DNA of 64,000 nucleotides from Calditrichia bacterium (GCA_050633245.1 JBOEGD010000011.1:160001-224000); one strand, 5' to 3'. Shown: positions 48,458-57,841, counted from the first letter of the stretch. Notes: generated from the sequence alone by a model not told the origin. A program made the numbers and translations.

Positions 48458-49660
48458 ATGGCAGGACGAAAACGAAAGCAAACAGAACATGAAGTTCTTC
48501 TTATTGGGTTAACCGGTGGTATGGGCTGTGGACAATCTACAGTAGCAAAGCACTTTGAGTCTAAAGGCTGTTTAGTTTTAAGTGCAGATAAAATTGCACA
48601 TAAAATACTTGACCGTAATAATGATGTAAAGCAAGAGCTGGGTAAAATATTCGGCAGACGAATATTCTTTCGCAATCGCAGAATCAATCGACGTGTTTTG
48701 GGCGAATTGGCTTTTAAAAGCAAAGAAAAAACACATAAGCTCAACAAAATTGTGCATCCGCGTCTGGTTGAAGAGGTGATCAATCGAGTTGCCAGTGCCC
48801 GTGAATCCCGCAAGTATAAAGTTGTTTGTCTCGATGCAGCTCTTATTTACGAAACGCAGATGGAAAAGATGTTTGACTATGTTGTTGTCGTGGCATCGCG
48901 AATGAAGCTGCGAATAACGCGAATCCAGGAAAGAGATAAGCTGGATGAAATATTGATCAAAGATCGCATGGAAAATCAAATTCCAATAGAAGAGAAGTCT
49001 AAGTGGGGCGATTTTGTTATCCACAACAATGGCACGCTCGAACAGCTTGAGGAAAAATCCGTAAAACTCTATAAGCAGATTTTAGCCAAGCCGGATATAT
49101 TGAAAATCCGGGCCAAGCGAGATGCTGTAAAACCGCGTCGCAGACCACAAACAAAGCTAGTTGAAAAGGAAGCACAAGAGATCGAGGTGGTTGATCAAGC
49201 GTCTGAAAACACAGTTAAACCAGCGAGCGAACCAACTAAGCGAAAGCCCCGTGCACCGCGTAAGCCACGTAAGCAGGTAGCCAAGCCGGAGAACGAAGCC
49301 GCAACTTCTCCCGAAGAAACTATTGAAGCCTCTGCACCAATAGAAGAAACCGGCACTGACACAAAGCCTGTAGAAGAAAAAGCTTCTAAGCCCGCCGGAA
49401 GAAAGCCTCGGGCGAAATCCACAAGAAAGCCAAAACCAAAAGCAGAGGTCGCTGAAGCGGAAAATAAAGAGACGTTGGAACCAGCTGCTATGCCGACGGC
49501 TGAAGTGAAGTCTAAACCTGAGCCTGAAGTAAAGCCCGAAGTAAAAGTGGAGAACGAGGTAAAAGCAGAAACAGAAGCTCCACCTAAACCAAGAGTTCGA
49601 AGTGGACGTCGGCCTCGTCGTATTGGTCCAAAACGAACTAAGCCGCCAACCGAAGGATAA
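48458..49660 (+). CDS. coaE: Dephospho-CoA kinase with long K/E/P-rich C-terminal extension
   Basis: 'IGLTGGMGCGQSTV', 'ADKIAH', 'LNKIVHP', 'DAALIYE', 'DFVIHNNG'. Confidence 0.88.
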   Translation: MAGRKRKQTEHEVLLIGLTGGMGCGQSTVAKHFESKGCLVLSADKIAHKILDRNNDVKQELGKIFGRRIFFRNRRINRRVLGELAFKSKEKTHKLNKIVHPRLVEEVINRVASARESRKYKVVCLDAALIYETQMEKMFDYVVVVASRMKLRITRIQERDKLDEILIKDRMENQIPIEEKSKWGDFVIHNNGTLEQLEEKSVKLYKQILAKPDILKIRAKRDAVKPRRRPQTKLVEKEAQEIEVVDQASENTVKPASEPTKRKPRAPRKPRKQVAKPENEAATSPEETIEASAPIEETGTDTKPVEEKASKPAGRKPRAKSTRKPKPKAEVAEAENKETLEPAAMPTAEVKSKPEPEVKPEVKVENEVKAETEAPPKPRVRSGRRPRRIGPKRTKPPTEG

Positions 49661-49670
49661 ACGACCGCAA

Positions 49671-51113
49671 ATGTTTGCGATTGTTGATGTTGAAACTACT
49701 GGACTGCGCCCGCGCAGAGATCGGATTATTGAAATCGCCATCATTATTACGGATGGTGATATCATAATCGACTCGTTTAGCACACTGGTCAATCCACAGC
49801 GAGCGCTGCCGGCCGAGATTGCTTCCTTAACCGGCATCAAGGCACAACGGCTGCTTGACGCACCTCAGTTCTTTCAGATAGCCAAAAGGATCGTCGAAAT
49901 GACGACAGAATGTGTGCTGGTTGCGCACAATGCTCGTTTCGACTATTCCTTCCTGAAATATGAGTTTAAGCGACTTGGTTTTCATTTCCAGCGCAAGCAA
50001 ATTTGCACCATGCGCCTCAGTCGCAAGCTGGTTGCCGATCTTCCCAATTATCGGCTCAAGCACATTTGCAAACACCTGAATATCTCCCTCAACGATGCAC
50101 ATCGGGCCGAACGTGATGCTCAAGCCACCTTCGAGCTTTTTCAGCAGCTCAACGCAATTCGCGATGATTATGATGCACCACATGTCGCAGATTGGAAGGA
50201 AACGCGCTTGCCGCCTGGCATTGAGCGTAGACAGGTCGAAGCGCTCCCGGAAGACACCGGGGTTTATTTCTTTCGCGAAGGCGAAAAGTTGCTTTATGTT
50301 GGCAAAAGCATATCAATTCGCAAGCGCGTTATGTCTCATTTCTCGAACGACTTGAAATCGTCTCGCGCATTGGAAATGAAAAATCGCATTCGTGAGATAA
50401 CGTGGCAGGTAACCGGAAGTGAAATAGTGGCTCTCCTTCTGGAATCAGACCTCATTAAAACATTAAAGCCCCGCTATAACCGCAGTCAGCGTCGAACGAA
50501 ATATCGCTATGGTCTTTTTCACGATACTGATGACGCAGGGTATCGCGTTTTTACAATAGAATTGCTTTCAAAAAATAATGATGTGCCGCTAATTTCGTTT
50601 AACAGTAAGCCTCAGGGAGAAGCTTTTGTCACGCGCATGGCAGATCGCTTTGAACTATGTCAAAAACATTGTTCGCTTCAAAAAACGAACGGCGCCTGCT
50701 TTTATTATCACTTAAAAACGTGCAAGGGGGCCTGTATCGGTGAAGAAGCGCCCTCCGATTACAATAGGCGCTTTTTGGAGGCGTACCATCAACTGGACTA
50801 TCCGCTGGCAACGTTCTTTGTTGTTGAGCCGGGAAGAAAGCGTGATGAGCGAACACTTATTCTTGTTGAAAACGGCAGCTATCGTGGATTTGGATTTTGT
50901 CCCAGGCGTGCGCTAAAGCGCGAACCGGAACGATTAAAACGTTATATTGAGCCGCGAGAAGATAACCAGGATGTACGCAGGCTTTTACTTGGTTATTTAA
51001 GGCGCACGAAGCGTGTCGAAGTGCTTCCGTTCGGGCAGGCGTTGGCCGGACTCGAAAATTCGACAAGTGGTTTGAATACACCGAAAAATTTTATAAACTT
51101 AGCATCGCTTTAA
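49671..51113 (+). CDS. DEDDh exonuclease (DnaQ-like) fused to GIY-YIG UvrC/Cho-like nuclease
   Basis: 'VDVETTG', 'AHNARFDY', 'HRAERDA'; 'LPEDTGVY...LYVGKS..IRKRV.SHF'; Cys cluster 'C...C.GAC'. Confidence 0.9.
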   Translation: MFAIVDVETTGLRPRRDRIIEIAIIITDGDIIIDSFSTLVNPQRALPAEIASLTGIKAQRLLDAPQFFQIAKRIVEMTTECVLVAHNARFDYSFLKYEFKRLGFHFQRKQICTMRLSRKLVADLPNYRLKHICKHLNISLNDAHRAERDAQATFELFQQLNAIRDDYDAPHVADWKETRLPPGIERRQVEALPEDTGVYFFREGEKLLYVGKSISIRKRVMSHFSNDLKSSRALEMKNRIREITWQVTGSEIVALLLESDLIKTLKPRYNRSQRRTKYRYGLFHDTDDAGYRVFTIELLSKNNDVPLISFNSKPQGEAFVTRMADRFELCQKHCSLQKTNGACFYYHLKTCKGACIGEEAPSDYNRRFLEAYHQLDYPLATFFVVEPGRKRDERTLILVENGSYRGFGFCPRRALKREPERLKRYIEPREDNQDVRRLLLGYLRRTKRVEVLPFGQALAGLENSTSGLNTPKNFINLASL

Positions 51114-51146
51114 GTAGCATGAATTTTACCACGATGAAAGCAGTCG

Positions 51147-52382
51147 ATGATCAATAGAGAATACGAGAAGACTTCCTTACCAAATGGCCTGACGGTAGTG
51201 TCGGAACATGTTCCCGGGGTACGCTCCGTTTCCGTCGGCGTATGGATTAAGACCGGCACCCGGTATGAATCTGAGCAAAACAACGGTGTTGCACATTTTC
51301 TGGAACATATGATGTTTAAGGGAACCGGAAGAAAAACCCCACGCCAGATTGTTCGTAGTATCGAGACTCTTGGTGGCAATCTGAACGCGTTTACAACAAA
51401 AGAGCAAACCTGCTATCTGGTGGACGTCTTAGATGAACACCTCGGTCGCGCGCTGGACGTATTGGGTGATATTCTGAATCGCAGTGGGTTTGAAGAACCG
51501 GAAGTTGAAAAAGAACGCGGTGTAATTCTCGATGAAATCCTTATGGTAGAAGATACCCCGGATGAGATGATCATGGATATGTTTAGTGAGCGTATGTTTC
51601 CCGGGCATGGGCTTGGCTTGCCGATTCTTGGCACACCACACTCTTTAAAAAACCTGAACAAACAGACGCTCCTCAATTTTTATCAGCAGCACTATCGCAA
51701 TGGCAATGTTTTAATTGCGGCAGCTGGGAATGTGAAGCATCATCAGCTTGTAAAAATGTGTGAACGCTATTTTAAATTTGTGCCGGGTGAGACAAGTCCC
51801 GCCCCCTTCCAAAAGGCGGCGATTACTTCCGGTCGATTCGAATTTAAAAAACCGATTAGCCAGGCCCATGTTTGCCTTGGTGTTCCAAGCTTTGAATACA
51901 ATCATCCCAAGCGCTTTGAAGCATTGTTGTTGAATACCATCCTCGGTGGTGGAATGGGCTCACGTCTTTTTCAGAATATTCGTGAGAAGTATGGCATCGC
52001 CTATGGGATTTATTCCTTTCTTGACTTTTACTATGATTATGGTTCATTTGGGATATACCTCGGTACAGATATGAAGAACCTGAATCGCTCGCTGAAACTC
52101 CTTGAAAGGGAGTTCGATAAGCTGCGTCGACGTCCGGTTCCCATGAAGGAGCTTGAGGAGGCTAAGTCACAGCTTCGAGGCAGTCTTGTATTGGCTCTGG
52201 AGAGCGCCTCAGGACGAATGAATCGACTTGCTACGATCGAGATGTATACCGGTATTTACCGAAGTATCGATGCCATAATAGAAGAAATTAATTCAGTAAG
52301 CCGCGAAGCGCTTTACGATACCACGCTGGAGCTGCTAAATCCGGAAAAGTTTCTAACCTTGCTTTTTGTACCCAAAAATTAA
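51147..52382 (+). CDS. M16B family zinc metallopeptidase
   Basis: Inverted Zn motif HFLEH, 'NAFTTKE', 'GGGMGSRLFQNIREKYG.AY'. Confidence 0.92.
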   Translation: MINREYEKTSLPNGLTVVSEHVPGVRSVSVGVWIKTGTRYESEQNNGVAHFLEHMMFKGTGRKTPRQIVRSIETLGGNLNAFTTKEQTCYLVDVLDEHLGRALDVLGDILNRSGFEEPEVEKERGVILDEILMVEDTPDEMIMDMFSERMFPGHGLGLPILGTPHSLKNLNKQTLLNFYQQHYRNGNVLIAAAGNVKHHQLVKMCERYFKFVPGETSPAPFQKAAITSGRFEFKKPISQAHVCLGVPSFEYNHPKRFEALLLNTILGGGMGSRLFQNIREKYGIAYGIYSFLDFYYDYGSFGIYLGTDMKNLNRSLKLLEREFDKLRRRPVPMKELEEAKSQLRGSLVLALESASGRMNRLATIEMYTGIYRSIDAIIEEINSVSREALYDTTLELLNPEKFLTLLFVPKN

Positions 52383-52445
52383 ACACATCGTTAGTGCAGA
52401 GAATAGTGCTGTCGATATTACAAATGGACGTTGCAGGAGCTACAA

Positions 52446-53558
52446 ATGATTTTTGGTGTACCAATAGAAATACAAAATCACGAAAGCCGGGTGGGCGCAA
52501 CGCCGGAATTGGTGCAGTTTTTGAAAACCCTGGAACACCAGGTTTTTGTCGAAACCAATGCCGGTTTGGCCAGCGGATTTGATGATGACGACTATGTTGA
52601 AGCCGGTGCGACAATTGTCCCTTCCCCCGAAAAGCTCTATGCTCAAGCCGATTTTTTACTTAAAGTGCAGCCACCGATGCCGGTTGAATACGATTTGATT
52701 CGTCCGGAACATACCGTTTTTGCTTACTATCATCTGCTTGGAAACCTGGACATGGCGCGTGCACTCATGGGAAAAGGGTGTAGCTGTTATGCGTATGATC
52801 AGGTAAAGCGAAGTGATGGCTCACGTCCATTTAATGATCTGGCTGGTCGAATTGAAGGGCAATTAGCTGTGCAGCAGGCAGGTGTGCTTCTACAGTCTAA
52901 CAATGAAGGCAAGGGTGTTCTTTTGGCTTCGCTGGCCGGAGCCTCTCCGGCAGAGATCGCAATTGTTGGTGAAACGGCTGCTGCACATAGTGCGGCAATC
53001 TATGCTTCGAATCTTGGATGCCACGTGTCTATTTTGGTTGCAGACGAAGAACGCGTCGAAGCTGTGCGATCCATACTCCCGGATACAATTGATATTTTTG
53101 CTCGCAACGAAGATTCCTTTGCGCAGGTATTACCATCCGCTGATGTTGTTATAAGCGCAGCTAACGAATCGGGGCCCGCAGAAATTGTTGTCGACAAAGC
53201 ATGTGAGACGCTGCTATCCAGCGGTACTGTCATTCTTGACCTTGATATTGCCAGCGGCGGCAGTGTTGAAAGTAGCACGCCGACAACTCATGAAAATCCA
53301 ACTTTTCTTATCGATAAAGTGATTCACTACTGCGTTCCCAATCTTGCAGGCGTTGTTGCAGCTACCGGATCAGTCGCTCTTTCTACAACCCTGCTTGGCC
53401 ATTTTCGACTTTTTCCAGAGCGCGATTTTGAGATTGCCCTAAAGGAAGATGATATCTTCTTTAGCGGACTTGCAACATTCGAGGGACGCGTCGCAGAGGC
53501 CCGGCTTGCCAGTGAACTGTCGATAACCTACTTCGATCTGCGGATTGCCGATGATTGA
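52446..53558 (+). CDS. Alanine dehydrogenase-like protein (AlaDH/PNT family), divergent
   Basis: 'GVP.EI...E.RV', 'ETNAG..SGF.D..Y..AGA', 'HYCVPNL'; Rossmann and catalytic motifs altered. Confidence 0.75.
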   Translation: MIFGVPIEIQNHESRVGATPELVQFLKTLEHQVFVETNAGLASGFDDDDYVEAGATIVPSPEKLYAQADFLLKVQPPMPVEYDLIRPEHTVFAYYHLLGNLDMARALMGKGCSCYAYDQVKRSDGSRPFNDLAGRIEGQLAVQQAGVLLQSNNEGKGVLLASLAGASPAEIAIVGETAAAHSAAIYASNLGCHVSILVADEERVEAVRSILPDTIDIFARNEDSFAQVLPSADVVISAANESGPAEIVVDKACETLLSSGTVILDLDIASGGSVESSTPTTHENPTFLIDKVIHYCVPNLAGVVAATGSVALSTTLLGHFRLFPERDFEIALKEDDIFFSGLATFEGRVAEARLASELSITYFDLRIADD

Positions 53559-54369
53559 TGAGGCCGTTGCGAAACCAGATAAAGTAGCTGCCATTCCCAT
53601 CCTGATGTATCACAAAATTGATTCACAAAATGAAGTCGGTATCAACGCCGTATCCCCGTCCTTATTTAAAACGCACATTCAATGGTTGAGAGACAATCAC
53701 TACGCGACAGTTACATTCAACGATCTTGCCGACAACCTGGAGCTGCCGAAAAAACCCATCATACTGACCTTTGATGATGCCTACCAATCTGTTTTTACTC
53801 ATGCCTTTCCGATAATGCAGGAGCTGGAAATGCGTGGTGTTGTTTATGCCCTTAGTGGATTTCTGGGTAAGGAAAACACCTGGGACGTCAATCTCGGCGG
53901 AATTACGTTTAAGCACATGACCGCCGAAGAGTTATGCCTGTTAAATGCGGCAGGTTGGGAAGTCGGTGGGCATTCGGTAACGCATCGCGGATTAACGCTG
54001 TTGCCTGCAAATGAAGTAAAGCGCGAGCTGCTGCAGGATAAGCAGGAGCTTGAAGACGTTCTGGGATGTGAGCTTGTTAGCTTTGCCTATCCGTTTGGCC
54101 TGCACAATAATACGGTTTGTCAACTGGTTCGTGAGGTCGGCTACCAATACGGCTGTCGCAGTTTGCGTGGCGGTTTGCATTCATTAGACAAGTTGCGCCT
54201 TCCGCGAATTCCCATCTACCAGTTTGATGGTCCGACCAGTCTACAGCGTAAGCTGGAAATGCGTCACACATCGTTCGAGTATTTAAAGCTGCTGTTTTTG
54301 AGCGCACCGGCTGTTTTAACTCCATTTTATCAAAAATTATTCAAACGCCATTTATTTCTTGATATGTAG
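53551..54369 (+). CDS. Polysaccharide deacetylase (NodB/CE4 family)
   Basis: 'PILMYH', 'LTFDDAY', 'GGHSVTH', 'FAYPFG'. Confidence 0.88.
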   Translation: MIDEAVAKPDKVAAIPILMYHKIDSQNEVGINAVSPSLFKTHIQWLRDNHYATVTFNDLADNLELPKKPIILTFDDAYQSVFTHAFPIMQELEMRGVVYALSGFLGKENTWDVNLGGITFKHMTAEELCLLNAAGWEVGGHSVTHRGLTLLPANEVKRELLQDKQELEDVLGCELVSFAYPFGLHNNTVCQLVREVGYQYGCRSLRGGLHSLDKLRLPRIPIYQFDGPTSLQRKLEMRHTSFEYLKLLFLSAPAVLTPFYQKLFKRHLFLDM

Positions 54370-54414
54370 GAATTTCCTGCTTTTATTGCATAAGTGTAAT
54401 GCAAATACGTAGTT

Positions 54415-54795
54415 ATGCAAATTACCGTCCCACAACACTATCCGAGGCCAGGTATGAGCATCAGGAAACCGCAAAAAAAACTTTATTATTCGCTGCGCCA
54501 GGTAAGCGATATGACCTCTCTTGAATCCAGCGAAGTAAAACGTATGGAAAAAGAGTTTCCAGTCTTGAAACCGATTCGAAATCGTTCGGGAAATCGCTAT
54601 TACTCAGACAAGGAACTCAATCTGCTTTTTCAGATAAAAGATCTTTACTTGATTAAAAAACTACCCATTACCGAGGTAGAGAAGCAGTTGAACGGCTCGC
54701 ATCTCGAATTCGAGATGAACGAAACCATACGTTTAAAGCGAACGCTGGCAGAAGTGCGTCTTGAGCTAAAAGAAATTATGGAGATCTTTGGCTGA
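54415..54795 (+). CDS. MerR family HTH transcriptional regulator
   Basis: 'KLYYSL..VS...E.EFP.LKP.RN.SGNRYY'; sits just upstream of tRNA-Pro(GGG), a widely conserved arrangement. Confidence 0.8.
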   Translation: MQITVPQHYPRPGMSIRKPQKKLYYSLRQVSDMTSLESSEVKRMEKEFPVLKPIRNRSGNRYYSDKELNLLFQIKDLYLIKKLPITEVEKQLNGSHLEFEMNETIRLKRTLAEVRLELKEIMEIFG

Positions 54796-54909
54796 GTTTT
54801 CTGCTTTGGCGTAATGCACTGACCGATTGATGCTATTTTCGCAGTATTACTATCTTTCTCTCAATTTACTTGATTTTACAAAATCCTTAGCGTATTTTTT
54901 TCGCTCCTT

Positions 54910-54984
54910 CGGGGCGTGGCGCAGCCTGGATAGCGCGCTACATTGGGGTTGTAGAGGTCGCTGGTTCAAATCCAGTCGCTCCGA
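54910..54984 (+). tRNA. tRNA-Pro (GGG)
   Basis: Acceptor CGGGGCG/CGCTCCG-A; anticodon arm CTACA-TTGGGGT-TGTAG; T-loop GGTTCAAATCC; no encoded CCA. Confidence 0.96.
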
Positions 54985-54989
54985 CAATC

Positions 54990-55027
54990 AGGCGTCTGTA
55001 TCCCATTTGGATGCAGGCGCCTTTTTT
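54990..55027 (+). terminator. Intrinsic terminator after tRNA-Pro(GGG)
   Basis: AGGCGTCTGTATCC-CATTT-GGATGCAGGCGCCT stem followed by a T-tract. Confidence 0.8.
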
Positions 55028-55082
55028 GTTGTGCCCGATTTTGTATTTTATGTTCTGTTGCAATTGATGGGGTGTCTGGTCG

Positions 55083-55104
55083 CGTGGGTCAAGACCCACG
55101 TTAC
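55083..55104 (-). repeat. REP-like palindrome
   Basis: Minus strand GTAA-CGTGGGTC-TT-GACCCACG: GTA-led tetranucleotide plus 8-bp perfect palindrome. Confidence 0.45.
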
Positions 55105-55182
55105 TGTTTGTGTTTTGTGTTTTGTGTTCTGTCTTTTATCCGTCTTTACCCAATGCATCCATGCTAATTACCCGGTGTTCCC

Positions 55183-55884
55183 ATGTTTGGTATACTCATC
55201 CCAGTTTACAATGCCGATCAGCTCCTGCCCGAGCTTCTAAATGGTATTGCCGAAGCGCAAGCAGACTGCCGGAATACCTTCTGTGTGCAAATTGTCGATG
55301 ATGGCAGTGAACCAGAATTAATGTCACATGTGCATCCGGATCTGGAAGTTGTCCAGATACGACATGATGGGAATCGCGGCAAGGGAGCCGCACTAAAAAG
55401 CGGCATCAGAGAATTGCTAAATGACAAAAAAATTGAAGCAGTGATTACGCTGGATGCAGATTTGCAGCACCCGCCGGAGTATATACCGGCATTTATTGAT
55501 ATATTTGAAAGCCGACAGGTGGATTTAGTCATCGGTCGCCGCCGCCGCGACCCGAAGATTATGCCGCCACATCGTATGGCCTCGAACTATTTGACCTCGC
55601 GTATAGTGTCCTGGATAGGCGGCCAAAGGGTAGAGGATAGTCAATGTGGCTTTCGACTCTACTCGCGCAGGCTGTTGGAAACGGTTCATCCCAAAGAAGA
55701 TCGCTTTCATCTGGAGAGTGAATTTGTGGTACGCACTGCCTGGAAAAAATACTCGATTGGTGCAGTTGATATTCCAACAATTTATAATGGCGCGCCGTCT
55801 GCCATCAGGCATGTGGCAGATACGCTTAACTTTGTCGGCTTAATGGGGCGCTTGTTGAAGGAGAAAATTCGTGGATATGTATAA
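55183..55884 (+). CDS. Glycosyltransferase family 2 (DPM-synthase-like)
   Basis: 'IPVYN', 'VDDGS', 'NRGKGAAL', 'TLDADLQH', 'DSQCGFRLY'. Confidence 0.9.
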   Translation: MFGILIPVYNADQLLPELLNGIAEAQADCRNTFCVQIVDDGSEPELMSHVHPDLEVVQIRHDGNRGKGAALKSGIRELLNDKKIEAVITLDADLQHPPEYIPAFIDIFESRQVDLVIGRRRRDPKIMPPHRMASNYLTSRIVSWIGGQRVEDSQCGFRLYSRRLLETVHPKEDRFHLESEFVVRTAWKKYSIGAVDIPTIYNGAPSAIRHVADTLNFVGLMGRLLKEKIRGYV

Positions 55885-56515
55885 CCGTCACCGCGAAGAC
55901 ATGGTGCAGCGCTTTGTGATTGGTGCGGGCATCACGGACGAGCGTATTGCCACGGCCATGCGCAAGATCCCGCGTCATCTGTTTGTCGACACGGCCCTTC
56001 GTCATCAAGCCTACATGGACAAGTCCCTGCCAATCGGATTCGGGCAAACGATCTCTCATCCTACTACAGTTGCGTACATGACGCAGATTCTTGATTTAAA
56101 AGGGGATGAGCGCATTCTGGAGATCGGAACCGGTAGCGGTTATCAGGCGGCGGTACTGGCAGAGATTGGCGTTAAGGTTTACTCAATTGAGCGTATCGGC
56201 GACTTAAGTCGCCGCGTGCAGACACTCTTCGATAAGCTGGGATATTATACGGTTGGATTGCGCATCGGTGATGGCACGGTTGGTTGGACCGCTCACGCAC
56301 CTTATGACCGCATTATTGTAACCGCTGGTTCGCCGGAACCACCGAATAATTTGCTAAAGCAGCTTTCCGAAAAAGGACGCATGGTTGTGCCGGTTGGAGG
56401 AAAGACCGGGCAAAAGCTGATGATTATCACACGCAATGCGGACAAATATGATATAATTGAGCACGATTTTCGAGATTTTGTTCCACTGATTGGCAAACGA
56501 GGATGGGATTTATGA
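55877..56515 (+). CDS. pcm: Protein-L-isoaspartate O-methyltransferase
   Basis: 'PRHLFV', 'LPIGFGQTISHP', 'LEIGTGSGYQAAVL', 'APYDRIIVTA', 'FVPLIG'. Confidence 0.95.
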   Translation: MYNRHREDMVQRFVIGAGITDERIATAMRKIPRHLFVDTALRHQAYMDKSLPIGFGQTISHPTTVAYMTQILDLKGDERILEIGTGSGYQAAVLAEIGVKVYSIERIGDLSRRVQTLFDKLGYYTVGLRIGDGTVGWTAHAPYDRIIVTAGSPEPPNNLLKQLSEKGRMVVPVGGKTGQKLMIITRNADKYDIIEHDFRDFVPLIGKRGWDL

Positions 56516-57363
56516 GTTCTGTGATGGTAATGGTGAAGGAACAGCTATTTGCGCTGCTGGCAAAAGGCGGCGTAATTGGCGTAGCGAATATTATCCCCGG
56601 AGTTTCCGGTGGTACCATGGCGGTTGTTCTGGGAATTTACGAGCGACTTATTGAAGCGGTCAGTAATATCGCGACTGATAAAGAACGCCGAATAGAATAT
56701 TTGATTTTTCTTGCAAAGATTGGCGTCGGTGCTGTGGTGGCGGTTGGTGCTTTGTCGCACCTGATGGATTATTTGCTGAGTTATCACGAGCAGCTTACCT
56801 ATCTCTTCTTTGTTGGGTTGATCGCCGGATCGGTTCCCTCCGTTTATCGAGCGCATAAAGAAATGTCGCCATCTTTTGCAGCTGTTTTATCCTTTCTTGC
56901 CGGTGCTGCGCTCATTCTTTCCTTTGCGCTGCTTTTCCCGGAGGTGGAAAAAAGCAAGGACATCAACTTTGAGCTGGATATGTCTTCTGCTGCATTGGGC
57001 ATGCTGTTTATCTCGGGTATTCTTGCTGGCGGCTCGATGATTGTTCCCGGCATTAGCGGTTCATTTATTTTAGTGCTGCTTGGGCAATATCGCGTGGTGA
57101 TTAAGGCAGTAAAAGAATTAAATATTGTGCTGGTCGGAATAATCGGACTTGGCGCGATTGCCGGTATTGTTGGCTTCGCCAAGTTGATAAACATTTGCCT
57201 GAAGAGCTACCCCAAGGAAACTATTTACTTCATTCTGGGCCTGGTGATCGCATCGCTGTATCCAATTTTTCCCGGTCTGCCTGCAGGTGCTTCGGGCGCC
57301 GCTATTGGCATCGGAATGATTCTCGCGGGCGCGGCATTGGCGTTGGTAGCGGACCGGTCGTGA
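56512..57363 (+). CDS. DUF368 family membrane protein (undecaprenyl-phosphate translocase-like)
   Basis: 'G.ANIIPGVSGGTMA..LGIYERLI' and 'MIVPGISGSFIL.LLG.Y'; ATGA overlap with pcm. Confidence 0.9.
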   Translation: MSSVMVMVKEQLFALLAKGGVIGVANIIPGVSGGTMAVVLGIYERLIEAVSNIATDKERRIEYLIFLAKIGVGAVVAVGALSHLMDYLLSYHEQLTYLFFVGLIAGSVPSVYRAHKEMSPSFAAVLSFLAGAALILSFALLFPEVEKSKDINFELDMSSAALGMLFISGILAGGSMIVPGISGSFILVLLGQYRVVIKAVKELNIVLVGIIGLGAIAGIVGFAKLINICLKSYPKETIYFILGLVIASLYPIFPGLPAGASGAAIGIGMILAGAALALVADRS

Positions 57364-57364
57364 C

Positions 57365-57428
57365 GGGGAGAGCGGGAGAAGGGGAGAGCGGGTGAATAGG
57401 CGCTCCCTGAGCGTAGTCGAAGGGGAGC
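57365..57428. repeat. Octamer tandem repeat followed by a REP-like hairpin
   Basis: GGGGAGAG CGGGAGAA GGGGAGAG CGGGTGAA, then GCTCCCTGAGCGTAGTCGAAGGGGAGC. Confidence 0.5.
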
Positions 57429-57584
57429 CGGGCTACTCGGTACTGATTTGGATATTGGGCTCGCTAACTGGAAAAAATGTATTGTTGTGTTATTCCGATA
57501 AGTGAGTGAAACGAACGCCCCATAAGCGAAGCGCCCTATTTCTATCTGTGTTCTGTGCTCTGTGTTCTTTTTTCATCTTTCCTA

Positions 57585-57613
57585 TTGCCATCGAATTAAT
57601 TGCTGTTTATATT
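57585..57613 (+). promoter_or_regulatory. Sigma70-like promoter of tRNA-Pro(CGG)
   Basis: TTGCCA-17 nt-TATATT just upstream of the tRNA. Confidence 0.6.
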
Positions 57614-57630
57614 TTGTCCCGTTCAAATAT

Positions 57631-57704
57631 CGGGGTGTGGCGCAGCCTGGTAGCGCGCACCGTTCGGGACGGTGAGGCCGGAGGTTCAAATCCTCTCACC
57701 CCGA
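57631..57704 (+). tRNA. tRNA-Pro (CGG)
   Basis: Acceptor CGGGGTG/CACCCCG-A; anticodon arm CACCG-TTCGGGA-CGGTG; T-arm GGAGG-TTCAAAT-CCTCT. Confidence 0.96.
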
Positions 57705-57708
57705 CTTT

Positions 57709-57743
57709 AAGGCTCGAAAACGATTCGTTTTCGAGCCTTTTTT
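57709..57743 (+). terminator. Intrinsic terminator after tRNA-Pro(CGG)
   Basis: AAGGCTCGAAAACG-ATT-CGTTTTCGAGCCTT followed by TTTT. Confidence 0.85.
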
Positions 57744-57786
57744 GTTATTAGAAAAGACTATCGTGGACGATCCCTGATCACTATTA

Positions 57787-57815
57787 TTGCAAATGGAGAT
57801 TTTCCTGCCTATATT
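57787..57815 (+). promoter_or_regulatory. Sigma70-like promoter of the DUF433-DUF5615 operon
   Basis: TTGCAA-17 nt-TATATT; GGAGG RBS before ATG 57842. Confidence 0.6.
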
Positions 57816-57841
57816 TTTATTGAACAGACCTGGAGGTAAGA

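Noticed and set aside
54827-55240. 137-aa ORF
   Set aside because: Overlaps tRNA-Pro(GGG), its terminator and heptamer repeats; spurious
57506-57751. 81-aa ORF, and the similar 96-aa ORF at 60666-60956
   Set aside because: Their shared peptide is just the translated tRNA/att repeat
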